This document shows, piece after piece, positions 27,266 to 40,129 of a stretch of DNA of 64,000 nt. Under the pieces are notes generated by a model. That model saw only the letters and a program-made list of their open reading frames with translations. It made no database searches and was not told where the DNA came from. The DNA is taken from assembly GCA_028534125.1 (NCBI GenBank), contig CM052816.1:66838001-66902000 (forward strand), read 5' to 3'. The stretch's first letter is position 1. Each line of letters opens with the position of its first letter. The translations under genes and the position numbers were made by a program. This stretch comes from Lama glama (Eukaryota).

Positions 27266-27442
27266 GTAGTTCTGAAATGCTGCCCAGCTGACCACCTGCA
27301 TCAGAATAACCTGGGGGCTTTTAAGAATTAGATTTCTATGGCCAACTCCCAAGAGATTTTGCTTCAGAACATCATTTTGGGGGCCTGGAAATCTATATTT
27401 TAGAAGTTTTCCAAATAATTCTAGTGTGCAGCTAGATTTGGG
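27266..27442. mobile_element. MER5-like hAT MITE
   Basis: 'ccacctgcatcagaataacctgggggctttt...ggggcctggaaatctatatttt...aattctagtgtgcagctagatttggg'. Confidence 0.7.
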
Positions 27443-27889
27443 TAGGCAGAAACTTGTTGGTTCTGTTTATGAAGCCTTGCAATAGAAGACACTACCTTGT
27501 AAATGTCAGCTATAGATAAGGGGCCTTTAAAATGTAGCAAGAGATAGAGGAGCAGGTTGGTCCCAAGAGAGTCTCAATGAACAGTAGAAACACTAAGGGA
27601 GGGGAGCTGACTTGGCCCCTGACAATCTCCACTAAGTCAAAGAAATATACAGTCTTAAGTAGAAACATGTACTTCTTGTGCAAAAGAATGACAGAGGATG
27701 AGTTTCCTGATCACTAGTCCCTTCATCCTAGCTCCTTAAGGAGTCTCATGTCTCAGCAGTTAATATATTGAAATTCTGAAGCTGTCATGGTCACTCATAC
27801 TACCCTTTCACTTCAGAGTAAACCAGCTTAGAAGAACATCAACAGTTGGGAAACTATTAGAAAAATAGGAAAGGCTTCACTCCGAATAT

Positions 27890-28570
27890 AACTATTCAAT
27901 GTATGTTGAAAATATTGTATATTCTCTAATCGTTAGATGCATTATGTCCATAAAATGAGGTTTTAACTGAATTTCTTAAAGTTTTGGTAACTTATATTTG
28001 ATAGCCTTGTCTATTAAGCCTATCATCCCTAAGAGATATGTCTAAAACCTCCCATTATTCCAGAGATTTGTCCATTTTTCTTGGCAATAATCTCAAATTT
28101 TGTTTTATATATCTTGAGGATAGGTTGTTCAATGTACCTACATTCAAGATTATGCTTTCTTGGCAGCTTGTTTCATTTATAATAATGTAACAAAACTCTC
28201 TATCCTTGAAAATGCTTTTTCCTTAAGGTCTATCTTGGTGTTACTAGTATTTCTTAGTAAATGTATGGTATTTTTTAAAAAAATTCTCTATTTTTGGTCT
28301 TTCTTGGTCCTGATATTTTAAGTGTGTTTTATGAGCGGTATATGGCTACATTTATTAAAACCTAACTCTTATAATCATTGTCTTTTGACTGATGAGTTTA
28401 ATTCATCCATGCTTATGATAATTACTGATAGATTTTGTTATTTCATGTGATTGGTTTTCTTTGCCTTTTTCTCTTTTCCTGCCTTGTATTAAATTGATCA
28501 AGTTTTCTATGTCATTCTTTTTTCCCCCTCTATTAGCTTTTAATACATCCCATTCCTGTTCTTTGCTGAT
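27890..28570 (-). mobile_element. Old L1M ORF2 (endonuclease region) fragment
   Basis: 'aaaacctcccattatt', 'aaattttgttttatatatcttgagg', 'ataatcattgtcttttgactgatgagtttaattcat' are antisense L1 ORF2 5' signatures. Confidence 0.65.
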
Positions 28571-29459
28571 TACTATATACTTTACTCCAGAAAGTTTAAA
28601 AATTACTATCTTACTTATGTCCTAAGATTAACAAAGATTTTTTCAGAAAGAAAGTCAAGTATCTCCATGGAGCAAATTGTTGAATATTCTGGTAAATGAA
28701 AGTCACAATAAACTGATATAGACAAAAGTACTTTAGAATTGAGTCAATAATGTGCCTTTGTTTTATGGTGGTAATGAAGAGACTGGGAGATAGATAACTT
28801 GCGCGCCTTCAAGGTCAGGGAGGACAGCACTAGGGGCTCAAAGTTTCCGCAAGTCCACACAGGGTTCCCTGAAGACTACAGTTGCTCTCCATATGCCTTA
28901 GGTTGGACCTTCCTCCCTCTTTCCCTTCTCATGAAGGGGTGTGCTAAAGAGACACAAATAACTCTCTACCAACGTCTCATACACTCTTAGAGCCCTGTGA
29001 GAGGGGAGACAGGATGGAGGCCCCAGTGAGAACAGCCATGGCAGCCAGGTGTGATTTTTACATGGCATGGACATACTCTTTGTTTGGAAGTTTGATTATT
29101 CTCCACAAAGTCTCTAGCAGGTTTTCCCTCCCTACTGAGCAACTGGACTTGCTATTCTCTTTTGAAATTCACATTATTTCCAAGTCCTCTGTGTTCTAGT
29201 TCTCCTCTAGCTCTTCATTAGCTTCTCTCCTAGCTGTCTGCCCTTCAGAGGGACACGAGTACATTGATCTCCCTGCTATTTCTGCAGCCGCAGCTCCGTG
29301 ATGGTCTGTAGCCAGGCACTCTGCTCTCCATGGAGCACTGACCTCCAAGAAGGGTTCTAACCAGCTGGCTATCTCTGTGAGGTCAAGACAGTAATGAAGG
29401 AGGAAGTCAGAGTTGGGCGTGTCGGACAGAATTCAGGGTTATCATACAGACTTCCTCAA

Positions 29460-29990
29460 CAGTCTATTAGGATGCCTCCTATTGCAAGAAATCAGAAAAA
29501 CTAGCTAAAATTGGCATCACCAAGAAAGGTATCCATTGATTTGTGGGCTCAAAAAGTCCTCAAAAGACCTACTTTCAAGCAGTACTTAATACATAACAAA
29601 TACCCAGGTTTTTTTTTTTTTTCCTCTCTTCCTTTTAGCTGTATTTCTTCCGTACTGTTTTATTTGGGCAGGACCTCAATTTCTGGTCCTGAGATGGCTG
29701 CCAACAGCTCCCTGAGCTTTATCTTTATAATTTGTATCTGCAGTGAGAAAAGATTATCCTTGACTCAGCATTCCAAGGAGAAGTTCTGGGGCAGCTGAGG
29801 TCACCTGCCCAATACTGGCTCAATCACTCCAAGCTGCGGGACAGAATGCTCTGATTGGTTCAGAGGATGCTTCCCTGCAGCAGAGGTACAGTCAACGTCC
29901 CTGGGATGACACAGATCCAAATTTTGAGAATCAGGAGATGGTGGGCAGGAAAAAGCTGGTGCTGGCAGAGGCAGCAAAATGACCACTATG
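29460..29990 (-). mobile_element. MaLR LTR, MLT1J/K-like
   Basis: 'ttaggatgcctcctattgcaagaaatcagaaaa', 'agatggctgccaacagctcc', 'ggtcacctgccca...caatcact' and 'atgctctgattggt'. Confidence 0.65.
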
Positions 29991-32084
29991 CCCAAATAGA
30001 CTTGTCCATCTCTTAGCAACTCTGAGATCTCACAATTCACTTCCTTTTTCATTTCTGATATTTTTACCTCAACCAGGCAGATGCCTTTGTGATTTCTCTG
30101 AAAAATTATCAGCATGACTCTCATCTTTTCAGTCAGTGCTCTTCCTCTCTGGCTGCCCTCTATACCTACTTCTCTAGAAAAAGGGAGTCATACCAGAAAT
30201 AACATGGGCTATCTTTAAATGTATATACTTTCCAACATTGTCCAGAAGGCATTCCTTTGATCTAAGCGTCTTCATGGGTAAATATATGTGCCTAAAAAGT
30301 ACTGTCTGTGATTTAAGGACTGCAAGATGATATCTTTGTGTTGTTTAGAATATTTCTTTGTTTTAGAGACAGTAGCTTTATTGTTACAGCCTTGGGTATG
30401 TTTAATAATAGATATTGAAATAAAATGATAAATGTCAAATCAGGCAGTAGTTTGTACTACCTAATTGGAGGTTTGTAACTTCATAGAGCATAGAAAACTC
30501 TAAGAAATAATATCCAGGAACATTCATTCTGTAGTTGAATCACCTTTATGTAAAACAGTATATTTCTACAGGAGTGAGACAGACAAAGAGACAGAGAGAG
30601 ACTTTTGACTCACTCCTATATATGTTTTATATTCTCAAAAGAAAGAGCCAATACCAAGCAGGTAAAGCAAGAGTCATTTCAGACTAAATTGGATAAGGTT
30701 TAGTTACTGTGCAAGCCAGGATGCTGTCACTAGAGCAAAATACTGATGACTACCACCTTAGGTTCATACAGCACACACAGTGAACCAGACCCTCTACTGC
30801 AGAAAGTGGCCCACAGTGCTCGATGCCAGTCACACACTGCATACCATGGTACCAATCTCAGTAGGACAGATGTACAGGATGGGCACAAGGTCAAGGAGAC
30901 ACCAAACCTCTGGAGTCCAGATGATGGATATTCAATAAATCTGAGAGTCCTTTTTTTCCCTATCCACTTGTTCCTAACACGTGTCAAAATCCATCTGAGA
31001 AGACAGCATGACAGCATGAATGAATAGAGATGAATGGGAGTAACACTGGGAAACTGATCAGCTTGAGTTCCCCGTGTCTCAGATGCTTACAACCTCTAAG
31101 CACACTCAGATCTCAGCCAAGGCTACAGAGGCAGAGCCCAGCCCCTTAAGTCCTTGTGACCCAATCTGCATCCTTCACACAACTCTGGTTCAGCCTTCCC
31201 ACCTTATAAATCTTGTGTCCATGTCAGCACCAGAGCTCTGGCTTCCTGCTGGAGAAAGCCTGGGTGACCCCGGGACTCATCAGCCTCTGTCCTTGCCATG
31301 GCTTTGACTGCTGCTGAGTCTGCAGCGTGGCCCTGACTCCAAAGTGTTAGCTCTTTGGAGGGTCCTGAGCCAAAGCCTCAGCTGGAGAGGAAATGTTGGG
31401 CAGCGTCTTTTGTCACAGATAAGATTGAATGAGTCCAGATGTGTGATTAAAAGAAACTCACAGGAAGCTAGCCTAGAGCTTTTTGACAATTGTTTGAAAG
31501 GCTTTGACCTTGTCATCTGAGTCAAAAAATTAAACCCAGAAAAAAAGTAAAGGACAGCTATCCAATTCAAGATGCAAAGGCAAATCCATTGGATTTGAGG
31601 CTGGGGGGCGGACAAGTGGAGGAGGAAAAGGTTGAAGTGGGAATAAAAGATAATTATGGGGAATGAAAGACCCCAGAGACAAACTGCTCAGCCTCTCAGG
31701 AGCACACAGGTCATCCTTTGACACTGTGAGACCTGTTGCCAAACACACCAATTTAAAAAGGAAACTCTGTACCTTCTTCCTTATGTCTAAGAGGAGATAT
31801 GATTGAGATGTGGGTACACTTAGGGAAATAAACTTCTAAAAAAGGATTAGTCCCTTAAATAGACAAACCAATAAAAATATCCTAGTAGGAATTTGAAAAT
31901 CTAGTGTCAGAAAGTTGGAGAGTCTGACTCATAGGGATTTTTACATGAATACATGTATCTAAAGACTAGAGACAAGTTGGCTTTTCTTAAATTGGCTGTG
32001 TGGCTGCCAGCAACACAGAAGCCCATAATTCTAAAGACAATATTTAATGGGGATAGACTCAGTTTTCTTTCTGTGTTGTCCTAG

Positions 32085-32268
32085 GTATGGTGCAATGGGA
32101 GAAAGACTGAACTGAGAGTCAGGAAAACTGGAATCTGAGGTTGGAGCTATCACTTAGGAGTTGTGAAGTCCTTTGAAAGCCACTTCTCCTGCCTGATGAC
32201 TGTTCCCCACCCCCAACCTGTCAAAGAGTTTAAATTAGATGTTCTTTAAGAAATATTCTAGCTCTTTT
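32085..32268 (+). mobile_element. MIR3/MIRc-like SINE
   Basis: 'tatggtgcaatgggagaaagactgaactgagagtcaggaaaactgg' and the 3' 'aattagatgttctttaagaaatattctagctct'. Confidence 0.6.
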
Positions 32269-32564
32269 ATCAACTTCAAGAAATTAAATCACAACTAACC
32301 GTGACAGTGCAGTTTTACTTGGTTGGTTACATTGGCTTGCCAGGTTATCTGTATAGAAACCAGCTCTTATTAAACGTCCTGAATGGGTGATACCCTGAAT
32401 AGGGGTTTATTTTGGTAAAATGCAATACTATCCTTTCCCAGTGCTTGTGCTTTTTGCCTTCTTGCCTCTGTTCTCATGGCTTCAAACATGTTGTTCCCAT
32501 GAAATAAGAATGCAGAGCAGATACGTTACATGCATCGTAAGAAAAATACAATTGTCGAAATTCT

Positions 32565-32710
32565 CTAAGGTAAGCTCTATGATTCCCATTTTACAGATGC
32601 AGAAACTGAGACTAAAGTTAACTGGCCTCAGGTTACAGTGCTAACACATGGGAAAGCTGAGGTGTCAACTCAGGAACTGCCGCAAAGTCTATGTCCTCTT
32701 CCAGAGACCA
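32565..32710 (-). mobile_element. MIR fragment
   Basis: Core 'cccattttacagatgcagaaactgagact'. Confidence 0.8.
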
Positions 32711-32761
32711 GCTGTTCCAGGTCAGTGTCCTTAGGAAATGGGCTATAAGGCATTTTTTAAC

Positions 32762-33040
32762 TATTATGATTCTCTTATATGTGGAATCTAAGTAATACAA
32801 CACACTAGTGAATATAGCAAAAAATAAGCAGACTCATAGATATAGAGAACAAACTAGTGGTTACCAGTAGGGATGGGAGGGCAGCCTAGGGGTGGGGGAG
32901 TGGGAGGCACAAACTATTGGGTATCAGATAGACTCAAGGATGTATTATACAACACGGGGAATAGAGCAAATATTTTGTAATAATTGAAATAGAAAGTAAC
33001 CTTTAAAATTGTATAAAATTTAAAAAATAAAATAAATCCA
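32762..33040 (+). mobile_element. Younger 5'-truncated L1 3'UTR, cetartiodactyl-type
   Basis: 'cttatatgtggaatctaa...gcagactcatagatatagagaacaaactagtggttaccagt...caaggatgtattatacaacacggggaata...gtaacctttaaaattgtataaaa' followed by an A-rich tail. Confidence 0.8.
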
Positions 33041-35446
33041 TAAAAAATTAAATATTGTGTGATTCTCTGTCTGCCTGAGCTACACCCTCCACTCCTGCAC
33101 CCATGGCAATGCAGGCTAATGGCTCAAGGTTCTTGGTTTCATCATTGGCAAATCTGCTGTCAATCTATAGCAATGCGGGGAAGGGTTGAGTCCCACACAT
33201 TCCTCTGTGTTATTTTGAGATCTGAAATACCATTCATACAACTCAACCATTTCTTCAGATGTGAATATATTCCTTGCTTGGAAATGCCTTTTTTTCTCCT
33301 ATTGGCTACTTGTCTACTTGATATAAGTCAGTTTACACAGCAGCCAGGAAATATCCTACAATGAAATTAATGGATACTGGCATCAGATTCTACTTTTCTT
33401 ATATTCAGTCACCTCTAGATTTGAAAAACATCTCTCTCAAAGTAAGGACAGGGCTAGCAGGTGCCGTGTGAAAACTTCCTGGTTGCCTTTCAGTCAGTCT
33501 CAACTCTGTCAGGTTTCATGTGGTGGGGGAGGGAGATAGATGAAGAATAACAAGGCGTATTTATTACAAGGAAAGACGTCACTTCCATGAAGTGGGGCCA
33601 CAGCAGAAATTCTGCATGACCTCCAGGTAGGAAATCTCAGAATCTGCATCACCTATAGGCTTGTTTTCCTGAATGATCCCCTCCCCCTGCCAAAAGAAGA
33701 AGATGCAACAGGGACATGTGTGTTAATTGTTTTAAAAGGAATGTGGAGGAAATGTCTACAATGTAGGAAAATAATTCCACCTTCCAGAAAAGATAGAGAG
33801 ACATGGAAAAATTTTTTGGATAATTACCTCTTGGATTTGTATCTCTGTGATAACTGAATTTAATCCTTTGCTTGCTGCCATAAGGGAAAAACAAGAAACA
33901 AAACTAAACATAATTATTAAGGTAACACCTTCTTGATTTGAAAAAAATAACTGCATTTTCCCAAAAGAAAAATGGCCTCAGTTCATTTAACAGGATATAT
34001 TTTTAGCCTCAAGAGAAACTACAGCTTTAGAAATATAAATTGGTGGCACCTACGTGTTGGTGAAAATTAAACAGACAAGTGTGCCCTGAGAGGAAGGCGT
34101 GCTACTGTGGACGTTCACTGTACTTGCAGCTCCAACACTGCCCAGGACTTAGGAGGACTGCATGATGTGGCAGCAAATCTGCGAACACAAAAGTCCTCTT
34201 CCTCACTTGAAGTCAGAAGCCCCATTCAATTAGTTTCCTCATCTGCATGACACAACGATGCTCCAGCCCAGGGCTGCCGAGAAGCATTAGATTGTCTCCA
34301 CCTCCGGACACTGGCATTCTGAGAGGAAGGTATCTCAAGAACAGGGATTATTTTATCATTAGGATAAATCCCAGCATGAAAAAGATGGATTTTCAAATAA
34401 TGCTTTATGGCTGAAAAGAACTATGGTTGGTTTTTGAAAAGATCTGCTTTTATTAAGCTTGACATTCTGAGCTTTGGAGCAGCACTCATAAAAGGAATTC
34501 TCTCAGCAGCCCACCTGGCTGGAATCGTCCTCCCCAGGTTCGCTGAGCCCTGGGAGGCTCTCGCATAGGTTCCTGCAGCTCTTTGTGTGTGCACCCCTTA
34601 GAACTATGCTTGCAGGCTGCTCCGGGGCTTCCTTGTGCCTAAACTGCTGCTCTTCTAGGCAGCTTCTGGAGTACCTTCTGGAAGACAGTCCTACACCAGG
34701 AACTTTGGAAATGATGCATCAGAGCATACGCACTATGCAAAATATCCCTTCGGAAGTAGGTCTGTGGTGACCAGGAAAGCTTAGTGCATAAAGACATAGA
34801 TCTCTTTATATTAAAAATCAATAAAACCACACATACTCATATTGTTCAGGATCTATCTATCTCTCTATCTTGGTAGAATGCAACTCTTTCCCACTGCTTG
34901 TGCATTTTGCCTTCTTGTCTCTGTCTAAGCACAATGCTTCCGCTAAATAAGACTGTAGAGGAAGGACACTGATTTATTTGACCTAACCTTTCAATATCTT
35001 TGAGGGGAAATAGGGTGTGCATATTACACACTGTATGCCCACTCAGTATTCTTTTTCCCCCCTTTCTCTTTGTGTGTGTATACTGGAGGCAGGGGAGTGG
35101 GTAACATTTTAGTAATAAGGCTGTCTTCAGAGGTAGCAAGTTTCCCATTAATTAAGGTGTTCAAGTATAAACAAGTTGGCTACTTTCACAGGCAAATTTC
35201 TTAGCAAATGAATAGTTCATTCAGACATGTGGCCACAGTACTTTTTAGTCCTTAACATGTATTAGATACAATGTTATATTATGGAAGTTGTTGACTGAAT
35301 TAGTTGACATGTAAGAATTCCAATTGTCAGGTATGACCTGACTCTGTCTCTGTCTCATCTACAATTCTATCTAGTATAGATATTAATGAAATAAAGACTC
35401 ACATACCTCTACTAATAAAAAAACTGAGCATACAATTCCAATATAG

Positions 35447-35451
35447 GTGTG

Positions 35452-35506
<55 letters not shown>
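35447..35506. repeat. Compound (GT)n-(AT)24 microsatellite
   Basis: A short GT run followed by a perfect AT run at 35459-35506. Confidence 0.95.
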
Positions 35507-35509
<3 letters not shown>

Positions 35510-36119
35510 ATAGTATATATATATGTATAGTAGTATTATTTAATTTGTAAAGGCATAAAATACACTTAGGTTAAAGTTTATGGTTAACAGCATAATTTAA
35601 TTGTAGACATAAATCTATATTTAAAATAGTCCTTTTATTATTTTTGAAAGTTTGATTATCTGAGCATGAAATCTCATTTGTTGATAAATGTTTTTTGGTA
35701 TCAGCTCTGTGATTTTCTGCCTCTCCCCTTCACAGGTGCGCAGTATTAGTATTATCTTATGTTCCCAGTTGTCTGTTCGTGATGATGACTTTGGTTATGA
35801 TGACTGGATATCTGTATCTGTAAACACATTTAACTGGGCTCAAGGACATTGCACTAAATCCCATCATGCGGCATCCAAGTGAATGGACGGGACCTGTACT
35901 GGCAGCTCTCACAGGCGAACCAAGCTCCTTCCCGTGGTGGGATGGCTGATCAGGGTTGCTTCACGGGCCTGCAACCACTGCAGTCACACAGGTCCCCTGT
36001 CTATAATGGGCCCACCCTCATTCAGCATAGTGCTCTGCTGTTACAGTCCTGAAATCATTAATAATTCTGTCTTTGAACTTGTGTATCCTCTACTGCTAAC
36101 GTGTGTGGGTTTGCCTTAA

Positions 36120-37000
36120 AAAGAGTAAGAGGGAGTGGGACTTTTGAGAAGAGGTGTAGCCATCTTCTCAAAGATTTGGTGGGTGGGAGTGAAGGGCACT
36201 GGGAATTTATTAGGGCAATAGAGTAGCACTGCCTGGCAATGTTGGGGCTCACCTGTGATTTGTGATCATAAATCGGTCATTATGTTTGTGTAATTTTTCT
36301 CTAGCCATGTTCATACACACAGTTACAAGGCCAAAGCAGTTGAAGACTTAAATTTGAATGGGGTTGAAAGTTTTATAGGCAAACACATAGAGAGGAGCCA
36401 AGAGCAGGTGAGAGATTATGAAATCTAAGTTAGATAGGAAGGAACGTGATGACCTCATGGGAGGAGTCAACAGTGAGCACATGGATTGAGGGTGCGATGG
36501 GTCTGAGGAGTTGCTTCAGTTGGCAAGCTAGAAAAGGTTAGGTGGGAAGACAAGAAATGCTGGTTATGGGTGGAGTTGAGGTGGGGAAGTTGAAATCAAG
36601 ACTTTGAAGGAGCACAATTATTGGTTATCACAAGGTCTGAGATGTGAGCACAGGAATATACTGCTGGGGTTGAGAAGAGAAAGGAATCATGGGTGAAGAG
36701 GTTCTGACACAGAGTACAGAGTGCTGAGGACTGCATTTCCATGAAGTTTCTCCAAAGCAATGACAGCAGTATTGGGGGAGCAAAGGGAGGAGAATTAAAA
36801 TCTTACATGAGTAACGATAACCAGGAAGAGCAGGGGTTGTACAATTCAAAGGAGCTGGCTGGCTTGAGTGGAGGGGAAACATCACCATGGCAACACTAGC
36901 ACAGGTACAGAGGGGGTAGAAGCTCCCTTCAAACTGAAAAGTAAGAAGGATTTCAGGGAATGGTGGAGTTGGGGAGGAGTGGTGGGAGGAAGGGTAAATG
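36120..37000 (-). mobile_element. LINE L2 internal (ORF2) fragment
   Basis: Purine-rich decayed sequence with 'tttttctctagccatgttca' and 'ggtctgagatgtgagcacagg' resembling antisense L2 ORF2. Confidence 0.55.
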
Positions 37001-37321
37001 CTCTTTATCAAGGTATGAGAAGTAAGTAAGCAGAAAAAGAAGAAAAATGAAGTCTTTAAAAAGTCATTTTAAATGTCTCATTAATTCCCTCAAAGATAAG
37101 GCCTGTCACAGGACTAGTTAGAGTCAGGAAATTATGGCTACCTCAGGTTCACTTTGTCAGCTACACTCACTTTTCCCTCATACTGTTTTCTGTTGACTCA
37201 CATGTCACCAGGTTGAGATACCATCAGGATCATTAGCAAGATGCAATCACTTTACACATGATAGTTTTAATCTGGTCACATCTCAGAGTCTCATGTGAAG
37301 GAGGAAAAGGTTACATTATGT

Positions 37322-37435
37322 GTTCATTTAGCAAGCAAACATTTCTTGGGTATCTTCTCTGTATGAAGCACTATGCTAAATAATGAGGAATGTGAAAATA
37401 GACTAGATACTATTCCCATCCCAAGAACTCCATAG
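37322..37435 (-). mobile_element. L2 3' tail
   Basis: 'ttcatttagcaagcaaacatttcttgggtatcttctctgtatgaagcactatgctaaa'. Confidence 0.6.
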
Positions 37436-40129
37436 AATTTGGATAGTAAAATGATGTCATGGCAACTGGAAGCACTTGTATCTTCCAAGAGTCCAACAGG
37501 GAGAGGAAAGGAGTAGTGTTTATCTGGCAGAACTTTCTCATACCGTCTCTAACTGATCTGTCCCTCTGATGCGAAAGCCAAAACCCACACCTACAGTGGA
37601 GTGTTTTGCTTCACATGCATCTCAAAGCGGCAAAATGGCCACAGTCTGGATTCTGGTAGAGTTGAGTTTGGGCTCCAGAGCCCCAGGGGAGTCTAAGATG
37701 GCCACAGTTGTCAGGACACAAGAGCAAATGGCATGAAGGAAATCTTGGAACTCTCAGAGAACAGATCCCATATAAAACTGCTTCTTAACACCACAATTCC
37801 CAACTTCATGCAAGAATTTCCTTCTGTAATGTATAATGCCATGTAGTTGTATTCTAATGGCTGTGTTTGCATGCAGTTGTTTCACTGTGTCTATCCTCAT
37901 GACTGATACTCAAACTGAAACTTTAGTCAAGAATCTACATCCTCTGCTAAGATAACCCCAAGAAACACATCTATCCAGCTGTTCTGGATCAATGGCCATG
38001 TTGCCAAGAATATCTGTATTTTCTAGAGAAAGTATTTATTTATCTATCACAGGTGCCCATTTTTGCTATAAGGCATAAAAGAGAAACCAGCAGACCATCA
38101 TAAAGGGTCACTAAAATATTGAAATACTGCATTCTATGAGAAATGCTTTCCTTCTCTCCTCAACCTCACTACCAACTGAAATTGACCATGATTATGGATG
38201 TTATTTTCATTGGAAAATCAGAGATGTAGGGCTGGCAAGAACCTTAGAAATGATGACACTGGATTAAGTGACTTACAAAATCACACACTGACTGGCAGAA
38301 CGAAATTTTAAAATATAAGGCTTGATGTAAGAAGAGTCCAAGAATATCCTCTGAGTTATTATTTTTCTTTACTAAATCTCTGATATTAATGCCCTTATAG
38401 AAATAACCCTTTCACTAAAAATACAATACAGAAACATATGTAAGACTATTTGGGAGCTCTGGTTGGTAACAGAATATGATCATTTTCCTTTAATGGAGAT
38501 CTGAAGATATTTTTCTGTTCATACTGTTGTTTTTAATTTTAGCCAATGTCACTACTTAAAAAAAAAAACCTGAAAGCAAAGTTAGTTTTGGCAGCATGCA
38601 GAAAACCAAGGTTGCTTTGAGTTATACATGAACTTCTTGATTTTTTTTATCAATTTAAATAAAAGTTCTACAGCTCCCTTTAGATGACTTTTATAAGGTC
38701 ATTGTATATGGATGAGTCATCACACTGCTACTGGAAAATGACTTTAGGAATAAGCCATATAGAGATTTGAAAGAGCCTTGTTCCTCACTATGACAGTTAT
38801 GCAAGTGGAAAGAATAGCCTTAAATCCAGAGAAAGGAATAGAATGCACCAGAACATCTCAGCAATCAAACAGAATACTTCTCTTAAAAAAAATCTATTTA
38901 TCTCTATTAGCTAGATACCTTTGTAATGATATTATTTATTTGCTTCTTGGGAAAGAGACTTCCCCAAGTAATCTTCATTAATATGAATATGGCCATAGCT
39001 ACCCAGAATCTTGGCTGTTTGGCCAGTTGCATCCCTTATGAGGCAGATGTCAAATTTAGACTCAAATCCCTGTAGCACTTGGCTTTGGAAGTGTGAGTTT
39101 ATTATTCAAGACTAAAAGTCCATTTCAGACCATAAGTGTACATAGATAATAGTTTATTTTTCACTCAATATGTCTCTGGATAATTTATTTTGTTATTTAG
39201 TTTGTTTGGGACTATTCAGTACTAGAATTCATACACATCAGATTTTCATTGTTGCAGTCATTTCTGGATTATTGGAAAGAATTGAACGCTTTAATAGAAC
39301 AAAGGAGAGTGGTTTTATTCTCATCAAACCATATATTAAAAATTTTAAAAACTGCTGCTTTTCTTTGAGTTTTTCTTGGTCAATTTCTTAAACAATGGAC
39401 CAAAATGAAACTTGCAGAGTTTGTCTGTTGGCATTTGATGTGTATGTGATAGAGTCATTTGCCACTGTCACTGTTTAATATTTATTATGTTTCCACTAGG
39501 TTATAGTAAAGGATACTTATAAGATGTCTTATTTGTTGATCAACACTGGGAGTTAGCTAGGGCAGGGTCTTATCACCTCTATTTCACTGCTGATGAAAGG
39601 AAAGTTGAGAAGTCATGTGAATCTGATCTCCATGCCATAATTAGTTTGTGTCCCTTCAGAGTTACACCTTATAAACTTTAGACAGTTCGTTGATATATGT
39701 AAATATTTTGACCTGTATCTGCGGAGTTCTATTTATACAAATAAATAAATCAAGTGCTTCGGTCTCTCTTTATTTTATTTTTAACTTCCTAATTTTGTCA
39801 TCCTCTTGGGAGCCAGTCTTAAGAGCTCTCAAATACCCCCTAATTCTGGGGAACATCATTTTACACTTCCAGGAGAGACCTCAAGTTTCAGTGCTATTAA
39901 CCATTAACTCCTGGAGAAGAGAATTTCATGGTAACAGAGGTTTAAAGGAGGGTTTCCCATGGAAACAATCATTTTACAAGGGCCTCAGCAAAATCAAGAT
40001 CATTCCAAGGACAAGGACCATGATCACGGCATTGTTCTTGTGCTGGATGTAAGAGTAGTCTATTACCCATTCACACCTTCCTTGAAACCCCTTCAGAGCT
40101 CAAGCTTATTATAACACAGGTCCTTAGAA

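Noticed and set aside
35778..35950. Repeated TGATGA motifs suggesting a C/D snoRNA
   Set aside because: There is no properly spaced terminal CTGA box D with a closing stem.
36628..37011. Longest ORF (127 aa, minus strand)
   Set aside because: It lies within a decayed L2 fragment and has no recognisable protein features.
39690..40052. 120-aa ORF
   Set aside because: Non-ATG start, low-complexity hydrophobic composition typical of AT-rich non-coding DNA, and no homology recognised.
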